Shown one piece after another: positions 24,111 to 26,326 of a DNA stretch of 26,326 bases. The stretch comes from a virus. Taxonomy: Duplodnaviria > Caudoviricetes. The position numbers and the translations under genes are program-made. How positions within the stretch are numbered: position 1 is the first letter of the stretch; every line of letters begins with the position of its first letter. The notes below the pieces were generated by a model. It saw nothing but the letters and a program-made list of their open reading frames with translations, had not been told where the DNA came from and searched no databases. The stretch spans positions 1-26,326 of IMG/VR virus record IMGVR_UViG_3300037308_000126; one strand, 5' to 3'.

Positions 24111-24813
24111 TCAGTTCCTCCGCTGTTCGATCACCCAGGCTCTTGCTCGCCGTCATGCGGTCCGCCCGATCGAGCGTCGTCATGTCTGCCAGGCGGCGGC
24201 GCGTGTCGGCTGCCGCTCCGGATCGTCCCAGTTCCCCGATAATCACCAGGCGCACGTCGGCGTCGCCCTTCGCCTGCGCCGCCTCCAGCGCCCGCAGTAA
24301 CTCATCAGCAGCGCCCTGCGATCCAATATCACCCAGCGCCCGTATCGCCGCGATTCGTTCCTCACCACTGCGCCCTTTGTCCATTGCAATCTTGCTCAAC
24401 GCCGCGATCGCGCCTACGTCTCCCGTGATTTGCCGGTGCAGATCTCGCGCTGCATCGACTGTCGCCACCTTCAGCCGCTCCACGGCGTCGTCAACCGCTC
24501 CGGCAAGCCGATGCCCGCGCACCTCCTGCCGCGCCAGATGCAGCGCCTCAACAAACTCCCGCTTGTGCATCCAGCCGTTGCGCCCCTTGTGCCAGAACGT
24601 CGAATACGCACACGGGCGATCGTCCGCCAGCAAAATGGCCGTCATCGATCGGCCCTTCAACTCCTCCTCGGCAATGTGAATCACCCCGGCCGCCTGCTGT
24701 GGACTCAATCCATCAAGCAGCCTTTGCAGTTCCGCTGATGCCTGAAACCTAGATTGCTTAGATTGCATTCCGATTGCAAAAATTTGCGATGTCTCAGCCC
24801 TCTTTTTCGCCAT
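24019..24813 (-). CDS. Probable terminase small subunit (264 aa) with a HEAT-like helical segment
   Basis: Directly upstream of and overlapping terL; helical; ends with EELSDDDLEAIA as many TerS proteins do. Confidence 0.6.
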   Translation of the reverse strand: MAKKRAETSQIFAIGMQSKQSRFQASAELQRLLDGLSPQQAAGVIHIAEEELKGRSMTAILLADDRPCAYSTFWHKGRNGWMHKREFVEALHLARQEVRGHRLAGAVDDAVERLKVATVDAARDLHRQITGDVGAIAALSKIAMDKGRSGEERIAAIRALGDIGSQGAADELLRALEAAQAKGDADVRLVIIGELGRSGAAADTRRRLADMTTLDRADRMTASKSLGDRTAEELSDDDLEAIARGAGSGGAGVAAPAAGTRQPD

Positions 24814-25045
24814 CGCTTATAGCGTCCTGTCTACGCGCAATTGTCCCGGAAGCGGCCTCGGCATTCACGGGCAGCGCATCCCGCATCAGGACACTGTGCA
24901 GGGCATACGCTCCCGCTCGTCTCCCGCTCGCTCTCCCGCCACTCGCTCGATTGCGCCGCGCCCGTCTGGGGTAGCACCTGGGGCACCGTCCCCCATCGTA
25001 ACGTGTCCCGCATTGGTGGCAGCGGTACGCGCGTCGTCTTGGCAT
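24794..25045 (-). CDS. Small Zn-ribbon, Arg-rich protein (~83 aa)
   Basis: CHQC-x8-CPRC; fills the gap between neighbouring genes. The start is uncertain (25045, 25048 or 25090). Confidence 0.55.
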   Translation of the reverse strand: MPRRRAYRCHQCGTRYDGGRCPRCYPRRARRNRASGGRASGRRAGAYALHSVLMRDALPVNAEAASGTIARRQDAISDGEKEG

Positions 25046-25086
25046 CACAATTCTTTCATTTCCTGTAAGGGCAATACTGGGATGCC

Positions 25087-25395
25087 TCACAGATTGGAAT
25101 ACACCGTGAACGTTTGCACATCAGACCGCCACTCTCCCGACGGCAAAACGACGCGCGCCTGAATTTTCCAGACACCTTCCAGGCTCAGGTCGCCATTCTC
25201 ACTGACATACACCAGTTGCCCATCAGCCCCGTCGGTGACGAAGGCGGCTGTCTTACTAAGCTTGGTCTGATCCGGTTTCAGGAAAATAATCTGCTTGACC
25301 GTCGCGCTCGTCAAAGAAACTGGCACACCTCCGTCGCTGATCGAAACGACAAAGCGCGTGCCGATGTCTCCCACATGAATTTCGTCTTGTGCCAT
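25087..25395 (-). CDS. BppU N-terminal-like / Ig-like virion protein (102 aa)
   Basis: Pattern VGD.G..F...I.D...PV.LT.AT...I.F.KPD.T...G...Y.....DL...G.W..Q..V....G...S....F.V..NL; TAATG coupling to the upstream gene. Confidence 0.7.
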   Translation of the reverse strand: MAQDEIHVGDIGTRFVVSISDGGVPVSLTSATVKQIIFLKPDQTKLSKTAAFVTDGADGQLVYVSENGDLSLEGVWKIQARVVLPSGEWRSDVQTFTVYSNL

Positions 25396-26326
25396 TAGAA
25401 CTCCAGGTTAAACGAGTGCTCGCGCTCAATCGACGCCCCAACAGGCATCTCGCGCTCAATCGACGCCCCAACAGGCATTGCTTGATCGATGTACAGCGCA
25501 AACAAAATCACATTTCTGGCAATGTCAATCGTAAACACTTGCGGCTCAAGCAGCCTGGCGCCAACGCTGCCAGCCACCCCCGCGATCGTCGCACTGCGAG
25601 TCGTCGTAATGGTTGCCGCCCAAGCGGTCGCTATGGCCAGACCCATTGGCGCGGCAATCGTCAAACCGCTGACCGTGGTGATCTCTGGCTCCAGCGCAAT
25701 GGCACTCGCCGTTCCCACCACCCCGGCAACCGCGCTGTCACTAACTGCCGTCACGCTCGGAATAAGCGCCGCGGCTGTCGCAGTTCCAATTTTCCCGGCG
25801 AGGGTGACGCTGGCTGTGGTAGTGATGCTCGCCGCCAGGCCAGCCGCCGCCGCTGTCCCGATCGTTCCAGCGATTGTTGCATTGCCGGTCGTTGTAATCG
25901 TCGCCAGCGGCGCGCTGGCGCTTGCCAACCCGATCGTCCCGGCGATGCTGACGTTGGCCGTGGTGGTAATTGTCGCCGCCAACCCTGCGGCGTTCGCCGT
26001 CCCAAGCGCCCCGGTGATCGTGGCGTTGCTCATCGCGCTGACGATTGGCAACGGAGCGCTCGCTGCCGCTGTCCCGATTTCACCGGCGATCGCCACGCTA
26101 CCCGATACCGTGATCGTCGGCGCGATAGCCGCCGCAGTGGACGTTCCGATTACACTTGTGATGCTGCTGCTGGTTGAGATGGCCGGGAGTAGTGCCGTAG
26201 CCGCCGCTGTCCCGATCGTTCCAGCGATTGTTGCATTGCCGGTCGTTGTAATCGTCGCCAGCGGCGCGCTGGCGCTTGCCAACCCGATCGTCCCGGCGAT
26301 GCTGACGTTGGCCGTGGTGGTAATTG
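25395..26326 (-). CDS. Thr/Ala-rich ~20-aa repeat protein, 5' end outside the window
   Basis: The frame is open to the window edge; repeats of the type IAGTIGTA.A..L.ATITTT. Confidence 0.85.
   Translation of the reverse strand, partial: ITTTANVSIAGTIGLASASAPLATITTTGNATIAGTIGTAAATALLPAISTSSSITSVIGTSTAAAIAPTITVSGSVAIAGEIGTAAASAPLPIVSAMSNATITGALGTANAAGLAATITTTANVSIAGTIGLASASAPLATITTTGNATIAGTIGTAAAAGLAASITTTASVTLAGKIGTATAAALIPSVTAVSDSAVAGVVGTASAIALEPEITTVSGLTIAAPMGLAIATAWAATITTTRSATIAGVAGSVGARLLEPQVFTIDIARNVILFALYIDQAMPVGASIEREMPVGASIEREHSFNLEF
25419..25478. repeat. Perfect 30-bp tandem repeat x2 (MPVGASIERE)
   Basis: CTCGCGCTCAATCGACGCCCCAACAGGCAT at 25419-25448 and 25449-25478. Confidence 0.95.
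25846..26326. repeat. Perfect direct repeat of at least 127 bp (25846-25972 = 26200-26326)
   Basis: Identical sequence at an offset of 354 bp (118 codons); the second copy runs off the window. Confidence 0.95.

Larger units (their letters stand above)
118..26326. mobile_element. Prophage (siphovirus-type tail) probably integrated at tRNA-Pro; continues beyond the right edge
   Basis: A tRNA is immediately followed by a tyrosine integrase and a complete packaging, head and tail operon. The second att copy is not in the window. Confidence 0.92.

Noticed and set aside
25419-25478. 30-bp repeat as a possible CRISPR array
   Set aside because: Two directly adjacent copies with no spacer, in-frame in a coding sequence, and no cas genes.
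25846-26326. Long direct repeats as a possible diversity-generating retroelement TR/VR pair
   Set aside because: The copies are identical with no adenine-specific mismatches, both are in-frame in one gene, and there is no reverse transcriptase in the window. The 111-bp fibre repeat differs at all base types.

Overview
The window holds the left part of an integrated temperate phage in a GC-rich bacterium. A Chloroflexota-like host is my guess and cannot be shown from the sequence. A tRNA-Pro(CGG) gene (43-117) is followed by a tyrosine integrase on the + strand. That gene converges on one long, tightly packed minus-strand morphogenesis operon. In transcription order the operon runs: Thr/Ala-rich repeat protein (cut by the window edge), BppU-like protein, Zn-ribbon ORF, probable TerS, TerL, a ~1027-aa protease-scaffold-major capsid polyprotein, head-tail joining genes, a displaced portal, a MuF/SPP1 gp7-like protein, tail terminator, a glycosyltransferase and a SAM methyltransferase, major tail protein, tail assembly chaperones, tape measure, Dit, Tal/hub, a large tail fibre and one unknown ORF. 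No sheath, lysis, repressor or replication genes are recognisable. The most unusual points are: (1) T4-like head parts (gp21-type protease, gp20-type portal) on a siphovirus-type tail, with the capsid made as a polyprotein carrying a nested internal start; (2) a glycosyltransferase/methyltransferase pair coupled inside the virion operon; (3) about nine co-oriented hairpin/G-tract repeats at gene junctions and in-frame within proteins; (4) a near-consensus promoter driving a structured RNA or micro-ORF between the integrase and the late operon; (5) a candidate +1 rather than -1 chaperone frameshift. All family assignments come from motifs recognised by eye; no searches were run.
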